From: Candidatus Bathyarchaeia archaeon
GTDB taxonomy: Archaea; Thermoproteota; Bathyarchaeia; Bathyarchaeales; Bathycorpusculaceae
Reading direction: 5' to 3'
NCBI GenBank assembly: GCA_050012755.1
Contig: JBEKGO010000001.1
Span: forward strand, 1 to 64,000
Length of the DNA: 64,000 bases
Under the pieces are notes generated by a model. It ran no database searches. It was not told the DNA's origin and worked only from the letters and a program-made list of their open reading frames with translations. The translations under genes and the position numbers were made by a program. Positions 18,646-28,496 of the stretch are shown here, piece after piece (within the stretch, counting starts at the first letter, position 1; each line of letters begins with the position of its first letter).

Positions 18646-19557
18646 TTGAGTGATCCTGAACTGCAAGGGAAAGGAATTGTTCCAGTTCCAGTCATGCCAT
18701 TGGTAACACCTGAGAAGGCAGCCGAGCAATGGAAACTCTTTGAGGCATTGAAGGCTAAGCTACTAACTGAAGAGGATTATCAGAGTATTGCTGGAAAACG
18801 GTATATTAAGAGAAGTGGTTTTCGCAAGATCGCAGTCTATTTTGGCATCTCAGACAGAATCATAAAGGAAGAAAGACTCGACAGAGAAGACGGTTCTTTC
18901 AGTTGGCGCCTTGAAGTTGAAGCTTACGCTCCAAATGGCCGTAGTTGCATAGGAGTTGGTGCATGCGATTCTAAAGAGAGAAAGTTCGCTCACTCGGAAC
19001 ATGATGTCTTCGCTACAGCCCACACAAGGGCAAAAAGTAGAGCGATATCTGATCTGGTAGCTGGTGGAGCCGTAAGTGCCGAGGAAGTCTCTCCTGCAGA
19101 TTTAGAAAGTTCAGACGAAACGGCGGCAACAACCGCGCCGGCCCCGTCACAGCCGCCGACTATGCCGACACCAACAAAAGAGACACCGATCCCTCATGTG
19201 CCAATAGTCAAAGATACACTAGTAATGGAAGGCTTGAGGCAGTTCCCTTTATGCGAAGGGTTGAAGGCTCTAGGCATGTTGAACGTCTTCGAGGACGAAA
19301 CATCGATTATTCCAGAGCATCCCTTGAAAATAGATGGACCAACAATTACTAACTTTCTGTTCCCCAAAATCCTTGACCCAATGGTTACCAAACACAATTT
19401 CTCATACACCATAGCAAAAACCGCAAGCGGAGAACTTGACTACATTCTTGTAATCGGTAGACTTTCAGACCAACAAATCAAAGAGTTGCAAACAGGTAGC
19501 CGATGGGCTTTCGCAAAAGCTCTAGAAAAGGAAGATGAAAAACAACCAGCCACTTGA
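18646..19557 (+). CDS. Phage/plasmid protein, possible Rad52/RecT-like single-strand annealing protein
   Basis: GKRYIKRSGFRKIA...GVGAC...AHTRAKSRAISDLV, then a P/T-rich linker and a C-terminal domain. Confidence 0.5.
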   Translation: MSDPELQGKGIVPVPVMPLVTPEKAAEQWKLFEALKAKLLTEEDYQSIAGKRYIKRSGFRKIAVYFGISDRIIKEERLDREDGSFSWRLEVEAYAPNGRSCIGVGACDSKERKFAHSEHDVFATAHTRAKSRAISDLVAGGAVSAEEVSPADLESSDETAATTAPAPSQPPTMPTPTKETPIPHVPIVKDTLVMEGLRQFPLCEGLKALGMLNVFEDETSIIPEHPLKIDGPTITNFLFPKILDPMVTKHNFSYTIAKTASGELDYILVIGRLSDQQIKELQTGSRWAFAKALEKEDEKQPAT

Positions 19558-19677
19558 GGTCTCTGATATTGTCTGTTTGCTTTGCAAATCATGTCTACGG
19601 AAAAACGCTCGAAACAGCTCTGAAAATAATCACTCTCAGTCAAACTTCTAGATCCTTGAAACGCAAGAAAGCCATAG

Positions 19678-19920
19678 GTGACTGAATTGAATCACTATTA
19701 TCGAATTGGCAAATTTATTTGGGCTGAAGCAGGTACTCCCATAGATGTCTTTTTGTTAGATAAAAATAACCGTTATGAACAAATAGGATTCTCTTCTCCC
19801 AAAAGGCTTGACATGTTTTTACGAAAGAAGGTTGAGCAAGTTGACATTGTTTTCTTTAGCAATACGATTTTGCCAGGTTGCATAGAGATTCCAGCCGAGA
19901 TTTTGGGGCTGACACTTTGA
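19678..19920 (+). CDS. Hypothetical protein
   Basis: 80-aa ORF whose stop overlaps the TTG start of the helicase. Confidence 0.5.
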   Translation: MTELNHYYRIGKFIWAEAGTPIDVFLLDKNNRYEQIGFSSPKRLDMFLRKKVEQVDIVFFSNTILPGCIEIPAEILGLTL

Positions 19921-22070
19921 CCGAGCAACCAACAAACTCAGACAAGCCGTTATTTTGCTCAAGTTGCAACAGTGAAGTAACTGCAGCGCATAAAGACGAT
20001 ACTAACACTCAATTTTACAAGTGTCCTAAATGTGGTTACGTCACCAAGGTAAGAGAAGCTATTCCAAAGGGAAAAGAAAAAGAAGTCTCAGAGACCGATT
20101 TGCCTCAAGTTTTGGAACATATCAACAACATCGAGAATCCGAAATTAATTGGCATGCCAGTGATTATTGAAGCAGTCATTTCCAGCACAAGTATCTCTTA
20201 TCCTGTTCCTTGCCGAATCAAGATGTGGGTAAAAGGTGAGACTGTAGACGATAACATGGAAATTCTAAAAATCATTGAAGCAAAAGACCCTGTAAACATT
20301 GGCTTAGTTGCTGTTTCAAAAGAGGCTCAAGCGTCCAGGTTGAAAAGCTTGCTTTACCCACAAAGAGTGGGTATCGAGAAAATAACGAAATTCCGTACAG
20401 TCTACATGATCAGAGTTAGGCCTCCTGTCTTTACCTTGGAAAAGTGCGGTGACAAGATTGTTGACGAAAAAGGTTATGAGTACAAATCGCTGGACCTTTA
20501 CGTTGCATCCGATACACCATTGACTTTTCAACCTAGCACGTTAATGCGAATAGTTGGCTTGCCCTTGCCGAACCCAAGAACCCAAAAAACAACCTTATTG
20601 GCTTACGAGGTAGAATTTCCCGAGGATATTCTGAGTTTTGATCTTACAAAGTTGGCAGTTCTTAAGGAAGTTTTTGCTGGAAAAACTGTAAGTGATCGAT
20701 TACGGTGGATTTTAGACAACTTTGAGTTATTCAGCCATATCATCGGTAGAAGAAACATAGCTACGGCTGGGCTGCTGATCTATTTCACTCCTTTGTACAT
20801 TCAGTTCAACGGTGAAAAGAAAGAGGGCTGGGGAAAGTGCGGTATTATTGGCGATACTACCACAGCCAAATCCGAAACCATAAAGAAAATAGTCAAACTC
20901 TTGAAGGCAGGAAGCATAATCTCAGCCGAAACCGCTAGCACCGTTGGTCTAACTGGAACAGTTACTCAAATCGAAAAAGAAGGATGGTTCATTGATTGGG
21001 GTTTCTTGCCACTCATGGACCGCAAGCTCTTGGCTATAGATGGAAGTCAGAAATTAAATTCTGCGTGTTGGGCAGCTTTAGCCGAGGCAGAACGTAGCGG
21101 TATATTATCCATTGCGAAGGCAGCCAAAAACGCAACCTACGCAAGAACAAGACAAATTAGAATTTACAATGCAGTCGACCCTGAAGCCGACAAGTACAGC
21201 ACAAAAAGCCTATCTTCTTTCTTACATCCAGCGCAAGCATGGAGCACAGTGCTCGACAAGACAAGTATAGCAAGATTAGACGTAGCAGTTTTTTCAGATC
21301 AACGTGACGTAGCACCTGAGAAACTAAACATCAAAATAACCAAAGAGTACGATCCGAAACTAGATTACATGGCTGAAACTCTCAAATGGTGCTGGTCTAA
21401 TACGGCTAAAGTTCAATGGGAAGAGGCAGCCGTAACCTTGCTTCTAGAAATGTCAACAGAGCTCTATAACACTTTTTTCAGCGAAGAAATTCCCTTAGTC
21501 AGCATTGACGAAAAATGGAAGATTGCAAGGCTAAGCGTAGCATTGAGTTATCTAACAGTATCAACTAACGAGGACTACAGTGTTGTAACTGTCACAGCCG
21601 AGCATGTTGAAACCATTGTTAATTTCTTGACTGAAGAATACATCAAAGCAGGTCTCGGAATCATAGCCCAGGAAAACAAGTTTGAAAAGCTAGACTTGGA
21701 AGACGTTAAAGAAATACTCAAGACGCTATTTCTCAAAACAGAAGGAAAAATACCAATTGTTAGAGAGGATAACGAAGAGAAAACTCTGAGTAAGATACTG
21801 CATTGGATAGTTACACAAAACAGAGTTACTAAAGAGGTTCTTGCGTCAAAATTCCAGTTAGCAGACAAAAACGAAACACGGCCATTATTGGCAGCTTTGC
21901 AGAGTCAGGGCTTATTGAAAGTGGCTAAAGGCTACTATTCGACCCCGAAACTGATTGAAGCGTACAAAGTTACTGAAGGTTTTGCCACGATTGCCCTGCT
22001 TGCCACAGTCGAAAACGATACCCCCACCCCCAAAAAAGAAACAAAACTAGGAGATTACGCTAATGATTAG
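19917..22070 (+). CDS. MCM-like AAA+ helicase with N-terminal Zn ribbon
   Basis: Walker A IGDTTTAKS; ASTVGLTGTV..WFIDWGFLPLMDRKLLAID (MCM SxxGLTA..GALVLAD-like); ARLD arginine finger; CSSC/CPKC. Confidence 0.8.
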   Translation: MTEQPTNSDKPLFCSSCNSEVTAAHKDDTNTQFYKCPKCGYVTKVREAIPKGKEKEVSETDLPQVLEHINNIENPKLIGMPVIIEAVISSTSISYPVPCRIKMWVKGETVDDNMEILKIIEAKDPVNIGLVAVSKEAQASRLKSLLYPQRVGIEKITKFRTVYMIRVRPPVFTLEKCGDKIVDEKGYEYKSLDLYVASDTPLTFQPSTLMRIVGLPLPNPRTQKTTLLAYEVEFPEDILSFDLTKLAVLKEVFAGKTVSDRLRWILDNFELFSHIIGRRNIATAGLLIYFTPLYIQFNGEKKEGWGKCGIIGDTTTAKSETIKKIVKLLKAGSIISAETASTVGLTGTVTQIEKEGWFIDWGFLPLMDRKLLAIDGSQKLNSACWAALAEAERSGILSIAKAAKNATYARTRQIRIYNAVDPEADKYSTKSLSSFLHPAQAWSTVLDKTSIARLDVAVFSDQRDVAPEKLNIKITKEYDPKLDYMAETLKWCWSNTAKVQWEEAAVTLLLEMSTELYNTFFSEEIPLVSIDEKWKIARLSVALSYLTVSTNEDYSVVTVTAEHVETIVNFLTEEYIKAGLGIIAQENKFEKLDLEDVKEILKTLFLKTEGKIPIVREDNEEKTLSKILHWIVTQNRVTKEVLASKFQLADKNETRPLLAALQSQGLLKVAKGYYSTPKLIEAYKVTEGFATIALLATVENDTPTPKKETKLGDYAND

Positions 22071-22274
22071 TACCAAGTCTCCAAATCTAATCAATAAAAC
22101 GGCAAGCATCAGCATAACAACTAATGCTAATGTTGGCAATGGTTGTATTGAAGCATCGGATTGTAGAGTTAAATTATCAAAAGGGGTAGGGGGGTCCTAT
22201 TTTGAGAGTGGCAAACACGGCAATCATGGCAACATACAATCCTGCATAACAAATGTTACAGAGGTTTTTAGCTA

Positions 22275-22598
22275 ATGGTTAGCAAGGATTTTGAGAAAGG
22301 CGATCTGTTTTCTGAGGCTGAGAACTTGCCTCAACCTGAAAATACAACTAATACCGATGTCGGTAATAGTTGTATTGTTGCGAAAGAACCTCTAAAGGAT
22401 AAGAAGCTGTGCCCTCGCTGCCAACAGAAAGGAAGTGGACCTTACGGAAGATGGGTAAAGAATTCAAGTGGGCGAGTCTACAGTCCATATTATTATTTCT
22501 GCCATAAAATCGATGGCAAGATTCAATGGTGCTACATCACTCGTGAGCAGTACAAAAAACTAACAGAAGAACAGAACTCAGGAGATTTGGCGCCTTGA
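22275..22598 (+). CDS. Small Zn-finger protein
   Basis: CPRC...GPY...PYYYFCH...WCY. Confidence 0.6.
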   Translation: MVSKDFEKGDLFSEAENLPQPENTTNTDVGNSCIVAKEPLKDKKLCPRCQQKGSGPYGRWVKNSSGRVYSPYYYFCHKIDGKIQWCYITREQYKKLTEEQNSGDLAP

Positions 22599-22948
22599 CA
22601 AAAGAAGCTCAAAGTCAGATTCAAACGCAGATGCAAAGCTGCCTCAACCAACTTGGAGTAAATTTGATTGTGATCTGGAAACCAGACGAATCAAAAACAA
22701 ATCATGGAGAGATCAAGGGCAATGTTATTTTTGTTTACGACCTTAAGAAAGAAGAGGCTTGGGCTACTCTAACGCATGAAATTACGGAATTCAAACTTCA
22801 AAACGTCACTAGACCATATAGGCTCTTAGTGAATAATCTGATCGAAGCCATAGAAAAGCAAATTTACACTGAAAAAGAGCAGTTCATTGATTTTCTACCA
22901 AAAATGATTGAAATCATTAAGGAAAGCCAAAGAGAAAGCAAGTGTTAG
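22595..22948 (+). CDS. Hypothetical protein with HExxE zincin-like motif
   Basis: TLTHEITE; overlaps the stop of the upstream gene. Confidence 0.55.
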   Translation: MTKEAQSQIQTQMQSCLNQLGVNLIVIWKPDESKTNHGEIKGNVIFVYDLKKEEAWATLTHEITEFKLQNVTRPYRLLVNNLIEAIEKQIYTEKEQFIDFLPKMIEIIKESQRESKC

Positions 22949-23565
22949 TTTGCGGTTGTTTCTTTGATGACATCCTTCAAATAATTAATGTACTCAGGAC
23001 ATAACTCGCATGAGTATTCAAGGCCTTGATTTACACCAGGTTTGTCTGGAAAACCAACTAAATATTTTCTCTCTTCGCCTAGCATGTTTCTTAATTTAGC
23101 GGTAGCTTTCCCTGATTCTACAAGAGTGTTATTTTCCATTGAAGAACTTGGCATATGTCTATCCTCTTTCTTTACCCAAAACTCCAGCCTAGTTCTTAGA
23201 GTTCTTAGACGTTGCTTTTTAAACCCGTTAATGATGTTTGAAAGACCTAAGACATCCATTAGAAGAGCAACGTCAACATGTGAAGGAGACCAAGTTATCA
23301 CATTTCTTACTTTAACTTTACTGACATCACCAATTTTTTGACTTAACGGATAACTCTGAAGCCCACCAACTAAGTTTGCGTCAAAATAATAATATCTCTT
23401 TTTGTATCTTTGGTCATCGGTAGGAGTGTTTTTTGTATTCAAAAAAGCTCTACTAGCAATTCGTAGATTTTCACCTACAAAATCAGCGTCAAAATGAAAT
23501 ATTATCAGAAAAGTCTCTGTATCTTCTTGCCATTTCCATTGAACGTAAATTGTCATATCTCTCAA
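22945..23565 (-). CDS. Hypothetical protein (element cargo)
   Basis: 206-aa ORF next to the right att site with its own TATA-like upstream region. Confidence 0.55.
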   Translation of the reverse strand: MRDMTIYVQWKWQEDTETFLIIFHFDADFVGENLRIASRAFLNTKNTPTDDQRYKKRYYYFDANLVGGLQSYPLSQKIGDVSKVKVRNVITWSPSHVDVALLMDVLGLSNIINGFKKQRLRTLRTRLEFWVKKEDRHMPSSSMENNTLVESGKATAKLRNMLGEERKYLVGFPDKPGVNQGLEYSCELCPEYINYLKDVIKETTAN

Positions 23566-23664
23566 ACTCTATTTTACTTGAGCATTTATAAGAGATTTTA
23601 GGAAAGTCAAGTTTGTCTAAGAGCAAAAAATGTGTTGCCAATAGTAAAAAATAGTTTGTTGGGC

Positions 23665-23700
23665 AATAAACCGCCCATTAGTGGATGGTTTACCCGAATA
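23665..23700. repeat. Right att site (palindromic arm plus 12-bp core)
   Basis: AACCGCCCA-TTAG-TGGATGGTT overlapping TTTACCCGAATA. Confidence 0.8.
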
Positions 23701-24013
23701 GGGCGCCTAATCCTTCTAGTGCTGCTTCTTCCTTGGCTTTTTCTTCTTCAGCTTTCTTCTTCTTGTCTTCTGGAGGAGCTGCTGCTGGTGCTGTTGCGCC
23801 ACCTGCTGGAGCTGCTACTGGAGCCGCCGCCATCATTGTTGGTGCCGCTTTGATTGCCTCATCAATGTTTACTTCACTGAGTGATGCTACAAGTGCTTTT
23901 ACTTGTATAGGGTCAACTGTGAGTCCTGCTGCAGTGAGAACCTTTGTTACTGAATCTTCGTTTATTTCTTTACCGGCCTTGTGAAGGAGCATTGCTGCGT
24001 AAATGTTTTCCAT
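23690..24013 (-). CDS. rpl12: 50S ribosomal protein L12 (P1/P2 stalk)
   Basis: [11 protein letters not shown], Ala-rich hinge, [14 protein letters not shown]-terminus. Confidence 0.97.
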   Translation of the reverse strand: MENIYAAMLLHKAGKEINEDSVTKVLTAAGLTVDPIQVKALVASLSEVNIDEAIKAAPTMMAAAPVAAPAGGATAPAAAPPEDKKKKAEEEKAKEEAALEGLGALFG

Positions 24014-24387
24014 ACCTTTTCACCTCTTCATCCGACTATTTTAACCTTTTCAGTTCACACAAATAGTCCAACAAGTGGTTGCTACCTTGTGTTTTACTGT
24101 AAATTTTAACTGCTATTTCCGTTAGGAGAAATGCCCAATTACTTAAGAACCTTTCGTACATTCTTTTGTGGTAAATTACAATATTTTGGTTTGCCAGCGA
24201 CATGTGTTAATTAAAAGTGCGCCTCCGACTAACATCAATTATTGATTTCCTAACGTAATGTCTTCTACTTGCGTACCATGCAAAGAAGAAAACACAGTTG
24301 TTCTTAGCGAAAGATATTATATGCATATGCAAAGCAATAAATGGAAAGAACTGACGAGCGGCAGTACGTAAATTTGAGGAAAATCGT

Positions 24388-25317
24388 TTGAATAACACTC
24401 ACCGGCCATTTTCGAGAAAAAACAAAATTTTAGCCGTCTTAATCATTTCAGCTCTGATAATCTTTAATTTTTATGTTTTCCTGTCGGCTTATCCTGAAAC
24501 TTTTAGGCTTGATGGGGGTGGAACGCTTGCAAAAGATTTTTCAGCTTACTATATAGGCGCGTGGAGACTTTTGCACAACCCCGCAAGCATTTACACCCAT
24601 GGAATAGTCAACGACGGAGAGCCAATTATCAATCCGCATCCGCAGGATTACAAATACTTCCCTTCGTTCCTCTTGCTGGTATCTCCATTCCTGTTTTTCA
24701 ATTACCATCAGGGATTAGTTGCGTTTGATGTTTTTCAATTTGCGCTTCTGCCATTGATTGCCATATTGCTTTATAGTTTGCTTTATCGGAAAGGATTGGT
24801 CCCGTTCTTGATTGTTGCCGCCATTGCTTTACTGCCTTTTCCTTTGCCACATTGGGGGCCACTCGCCACTTATTTTTGGCAATGGGCTGAGGGACAAGCA
24901 AAAGTTTTTGAAACTTTCCTCTTTCTGCTATCCTTCTATCTTGGCTTCAAAGGTAAATCAGTGGCTTCTGGAATCGTCTTTGCCTTCGCGGCTTTTGACC
25001 CTAGATTTGGTTTGCTTGGTTTGCCCCTTTTTATTTTTTACAACAAGAACAACATTGCTTCCTCGCTAAAAACCGCTGTCGCTGCGGTAATCGTTTCAAA
25101 CTTGGTTCTTTTTTACCCCGCGACGGGCATCGGTTTCCTTAACATGGTTTTCAATCGAGGCTTAGGCACCGCGCTATACGCATATGCGTTCATACCTTTG
25201 CTTACTTTGGTGGCTTTGATTATAGTCGATTTCAAAGGAATAATTGCAACTTTTTCCAACATCAACAAACGGTTAAGACGAAAAACGCAGAAATCAAACC
25301 TTGACCAGTCAGGTTAA
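24388..25317 (+). CDS. GT-C membrane glycosyltransferase (GT87/DUF2029-like)
   Basis: DFSAYY...YKYFPSF...EGQ; multi-TM. Confidence 0.7.
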   Translation: MNNTHRPFSRKNKILAVLIISALIIFNFYVFLSAYPETFRLDGGGTLAKDFSAYYIGAWRLLHNPASIYTHGIVNDGEPIINPHPQDYKYFPSFLLLVSPFLFFNYHQGLVAFDVFQFALLPLIAILLYSLLYRKGLVPFLIVAAIALLPFPLPHWGPLATYFWQWAEGQAKVFETFLFLLSFYLGFKGKSVASGIVFAFAAFDPRFGLLGLPLFIFYNKNNIASSLKTAVAAVIVSNLVLFYPATGIGFLNMVFNRGLGTALYAYAFIPLLTLVALIIVDFKGIIATFSNINKRLRRKTQKSNLDQSG

Positions 25318-25396
25318 AACGAATTAAGTTGCCGGAATTCTCAAAATACTTATCTTTAAGTCAGGCACATGGGGTTATCCACAGGGTAATGATAAC

Positions 25397-26368
25397 ATGG
25401 GAAACATTACAGTTGCTGTGTTGGGTGCCTTAGGCTACAGCGCAAATCTTGGCAAAAAAGGAACATCAACAGATATTACTTTCTACAACATCAAAAAAGG
25501 CGAAGACACCGTAACTCTGATTGAACCAGAACGGTACCCTGAAAGGTTAGCTCCACTATTCTATGCTGTTTCCCTATCGAAAGAAGCCATAGTAGTGGTG
25601 GATCAAATCGATGCCACATTTGGCGAATGCCTAGTCATGCTTCAATGCGCTGACATTAAAAACGGCTATTTCATTTTAAGAAACTATATCCCAAAAGAAA
25701 AAATTGAGCAACTTATAAAAGGAACAAGCCTTGAGAATTTCGAATTCTTGACAGATGACCCAACTGTTTTAAGAGAAAAACTTTTGGCTGAAGCTGCAAA
25801 GCAAAAACCAGCCGATTTGTCCGCTGGACAGTCGGCGATTGGAACGGTTCCAGTGGATCATGCATTTAATGTTAAAGGTGTAGGCGTCGTCATACTTGGC
25901 GTAGTTACAAGAGGAGTAATTCAGAAACACTCTTCTCTAAACGTCTTGCCAGGAGCAAAAACAGCTCAAGTGCGCTCAATCCAAAAACATGACGACGAAT
26001 TTGATATTGCAGGCGAAGGCGACCGTGTTGGGCTTGCACTAAAAAACATTGAAGTGGAAGATTTGGATCGCGGTACAGTTTTAACGAATGATTCTTCAAT
26101 TAAGACCGAGTCGAGGTTGGAATCGCAGGCATCTCTAGTTAAGTACTGGCAGATGCCGATTAAGCAAGGAATGGTCATGCATGTTGGCCACTGGACTCAA
26201 TTCATAACCGCTAAAGTGGAAGCCGTTGCTTTAGGTAGTGACGCAAAAAAGCCAGCTTTAACTTTAACATTGGATAAACCACTTGTTTATCGACCCAACG
26301 ATAAGGCGGTTTTGATGTATCTGGAAGGCTCAAAACTGCGGGTGGCAGGAATAGTTGAGCTACCTTAA
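25397..26368 (+). CDS. SelB/EF-Tu domain II-containing translation-factor-like protein with degenerate G domain
   Basis: VDHAFNVKGVGVVILG, VRSIQKHD, GDRVGLALK, RG; no GxxxxGK P-loop. Confidence 0.8.
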   Translation: MGNITVAVLGALGYSANLGKKGTSTDITFYNIKKGEDTVTLIEPERYPERLAPLFYAVSLSKEAIVVVDQIDATFGECLVMLQCADIKNGYFILRNYIPKEKIEQLIKGTSLENFEFLTDDPTVLREKLLAEAAKQKPADLSAGQSAIGTVPVDHAFNVKGVGVVILGVVTRGVIQKHSSLNVLPGAKTAQVRSIQKHDDEFDIAGEGDRVGLALKNIEVEDLDRGTVLTNDSSIKTESRLESQASLVKYWQMPIKQGMVMHVGHWTQFITAKVEAVALGSDAKKPALTLTLDKPLVYRPNDKAVLMYLEGSKLRVAGIVELP

Positions 26369-26390
26369 GAATCAAGTTTTTGTGCAGGCT

Positions 26391-27068
26391 TTATTGCATT
26401 AGTAGCTCTACACCAGGTATCTTCTTCTTCTCATATATAATATCCATTATTTTGGTGAACCCGGTAATCCATGCTAGATAAATTAATCCAATGACCAACC
26501 AGACTGGGAGGACGATGTAGTAATCTCCTATTATTTGTCTGCCTGCACCTACCATGTCATATAATCCAACGTAAGACACAACGGATGAACTCTTTGTGAG
26601 AGAGCAGAACTCGTTGGTCCACGAAGGAATAACTATCCGCAAAGCTTGGGGAATTATAATATGCCTTAGGGTCTGCCACCTTGACATGCCAGTTGACAGG
26701 CCAGCTTGCATTTGATCCTCATATATGGTTTCCATGGCAGCTTTGAGGTAGCCTTTCTGATATGCGGCACTGTTTATCCCAAAAACCAAGAAAGCCGTAA
26801 CGTACGGGTCGATCGGGATATGCGTTATTGCAGGTATGGAGTATTCAGCTATCAACAATTGAACAAGCAATGGACTGCCTCTGAACGCTTCTACATAAAC
26901 TGCAATAATTCCCTTGACCACTTTGTTTCCATATATGTCGCCAATTGCCAGCATTATTGCCAAAGCTAACCCTAAAAAAACGCCGAAAAGCGTAATCTCA
27001 ACTGTCAACTGAAGTCCTTGAAGGATTAAACCCCAGTGCAGAAATATAGGGCCAAATTGTCCAAACAT
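26391..27068 (-). CDS. Polar amino acid ABC transporter permease
   Basis: FRGSPLLVQL, EAA-like loop, PQALR. Confidence 0.9.
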   Translation of the reverse strand: MFGQFGPIFLHWGLILQGLQLTVEITLFGVFLGLALAIMLAIGDIYGNKVVKGIIAVYVEAFRGSPLLVQLLIAEYSIPAITHIPIDPYVTAFLVFGINSAAYQKGYLKAAMETIYEDQMQAGLSTGMSRWQTLRHIIIPQALRIVIPSWTNEFCSLTKSSSVVSYVGLYDMVGAGRQIIGDYYIVLPVWLVIGLIYLAWITGFTKIMDIIYEKKKIPGVELLMQ

Positions 27069-27071
27069 TGC

Positions 27072-27824
27072 TTATTCTCTGGTTGTTTTATTAATTATTC
27101 TCGTCATGAATTTTTTTGCTCGATCACTATCAGGTGCATTGAAAAAATGATCTGGTGTTCCTGTTTCCAGAATACTTCCCTCGTCATAGAAAATCATCTC
27201 TTCTGCAACTTCACGGGCAAACGGCATTTCATGGCTTACTATGACCATTGTTGTTCCTTCGTGGGCAAGATCTCGCAGAGTATCGATGACTTCTCCTGTA
27301 AGTTCGGGGTCTAACGCTGATGTGGGCTCATCGAGCAGAATGATGTCGGGATTGCGTGCGATGGCACGTGCAATTCCTACTCTTTGTGCTTGCCCGCCAG
27401 ACATTTGGGAGGGATATCGATCCTTGCAATCGATCACTTTCACTTCTTTTAACGCGGCTAAGGCACGCTCGCGAGCTTGGTCTTTTGGAAGTTTAAGCAC
27501 GACTCTAAGAGCTAATTCTACGTTTCCTAAAGCTGTAAGGTTTCTAAAGAGGTAAATGTGTTGGAATACATAGCCTATTCTTGCTCGCGCTTTGTTCAAG
27601 TCCACGCCTGGTTTAGTAAGGCATTCCTTTCCTAGGTAAATATCGCCGCTGTCAGGCTTGTCTAACATCGCCATGCAGCGGAGAAACGTGCTTTTTCCTG
27701 AACCACTCGGTCCAAAGATCAGTTTAATATCTCCCTTTCTGATTTGCAATGACACGTTTTTTACTGCTTCAAGTTTCGCGTAGTTTTTGCAGACATTTTT
27801 AGCTTCCATTACTATGTCGCTCAT
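27072..27824 (-). CDS. Polar amino acid ABC transporter ATPase (GlnQ-like)
   Basis: GPSGSGKS, MSGGQ, LLDEPTSALDPE. Confidence 0.93.
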   Translation of the reverse strand: MSDIVMEAKNVCKNYAKLEAVKNVSLQIRKGDIKLIFGPSGSGKSTFLRCMAMLDKPDSGDIYLGKECLTKPGVDLNKARARIGYVFQHIYLFRNLTALGNVELALRVVLKLPKDQARERALAALKEVKVIDCKDRYPSQMSGGQAQRVGIARAIARNPDIILLDEPTSALDPELTGEVIDTLRDLAHEGTTMVIVSHEMPFAREVAEEMIFYDEGSILETGTPDHFFNAPDSDRAKKFMTRIINKTTRE

Positions 27825-27828
27825 TTTT

Positions 27829-28479
27829 CTACAATCCTATTTTTTTCTTTCTTTTATTTCCCAGCCGATCAAGGTACATGGCAATTGGGAAGGTAAGTGC
27901 AATGTATAACACAGCAGCGAAAATGAAAGGTGTTATAAGTTCATACTGCGCTACTTTTAGATAAAGTGCTTTTTGCATAATATCTAGTATGCCTATAACC
28001 CATACGTATGATGAGTTCTTGATTAAGAGCGCATACTCGCTTCCTAAGCTTGGGGTTGAAAAAGTTATAACTTGTGGAACCATAATATGCCAAATTCCCT
28101 GCCATTTGGAACAGCCAACAGATTGTGCGGCAATCATCTGCTCGTCTCCGACACCTCGAATGGCGCCTCTGAAGATTTGAGACTGATCTGCCCCGCTAGA
28201 CAGGCCCAGAACAAGGGCTGCTACGAAGAAGGGATTACCAAAGGGAAAACTGAAGATTGGGCCTAAGCCGAAATAAAGAAAAAGCATTAGTACAATTTCT
28301 GGTATGCCTCTGAAGACCTTTTCGTAGACATCGACGATGAAACCAACTTCAGCGTCGTAAACGCGTAGGAATGCTAATGGCAACCCTATGCCTAAACCAA
28401 CGAAAAAGGCGATGATGGAAACGGAAAAAGTGAGGGGGACTCCCTCTAACAGGAAAATTAGTTGTTGCCCTACATCCAA
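27829..28479 (-). CDS. Polar amino acid ABC transporter permease
   Basis: FRGIPEIV, Q..AAQSVG, LIKNSS. Confidence 0.9.
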   Translation of the reverse strand: MDVGQQLIFLLEGVPLTFSVSIIAFFVGLGIGLPLAFLRVYDAEVGFIVDVYEKVFRGIPEIVLMLFLYFGLGPIFSFPFGNPFFVAALVLGLSSGADQSQIFRGAIRGVGDEQMIAAQSVGCSKWQGIWHIMVPQVITFSTPSLGSEYALLIKNSSYVWVIGILDIMQKALYLKVAQYELITPFIFAAVLYIALTFPIAMYLDRLGNKRKKKIGL

Positions 28480-28496
28480 GACGGATCACGTTTGGT

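Larger units (their letters stand above)
9428..23700. mobile_element. ~14.3 kb integrative element (integrated plasmid or provirus) in the 3' end of rpl12
   Basis: 12-bp direct repeat TTTACCCGAATA at 9428-9439 and 23689-23700, covering the rpl12 stop. An integrase lies next to the left end; the element also has an MCM-like helicase, several RHH proteins and many ORFans. Confidence 0.88.

Noticed and set aside
22063-22275. 70-aa ORF after the helicase
   Set aside because: It fits the operon spacing but has no recognisable features; not supportable as a gene from sequence alone.
9506-23565. Amber recoding of the whole element
   Set aside because: Only one internal TAG was seen; several genes use TAG as an ordinary terminal stop.
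9428-23700. Casposon/transposon reading (12-bp TSD + TIRs)
   Set aside because: No Cas1, DDE transposase or PolB is encoded. A tyrosine integrase abuts the end and the rejoined ends form a typical core site.
25397-26368. Evidence of selenocysteine machinery
   Set aside because: No functional G domain, and no tRNA-Sec, selD or in-frame TGA selenoprotein was seen.
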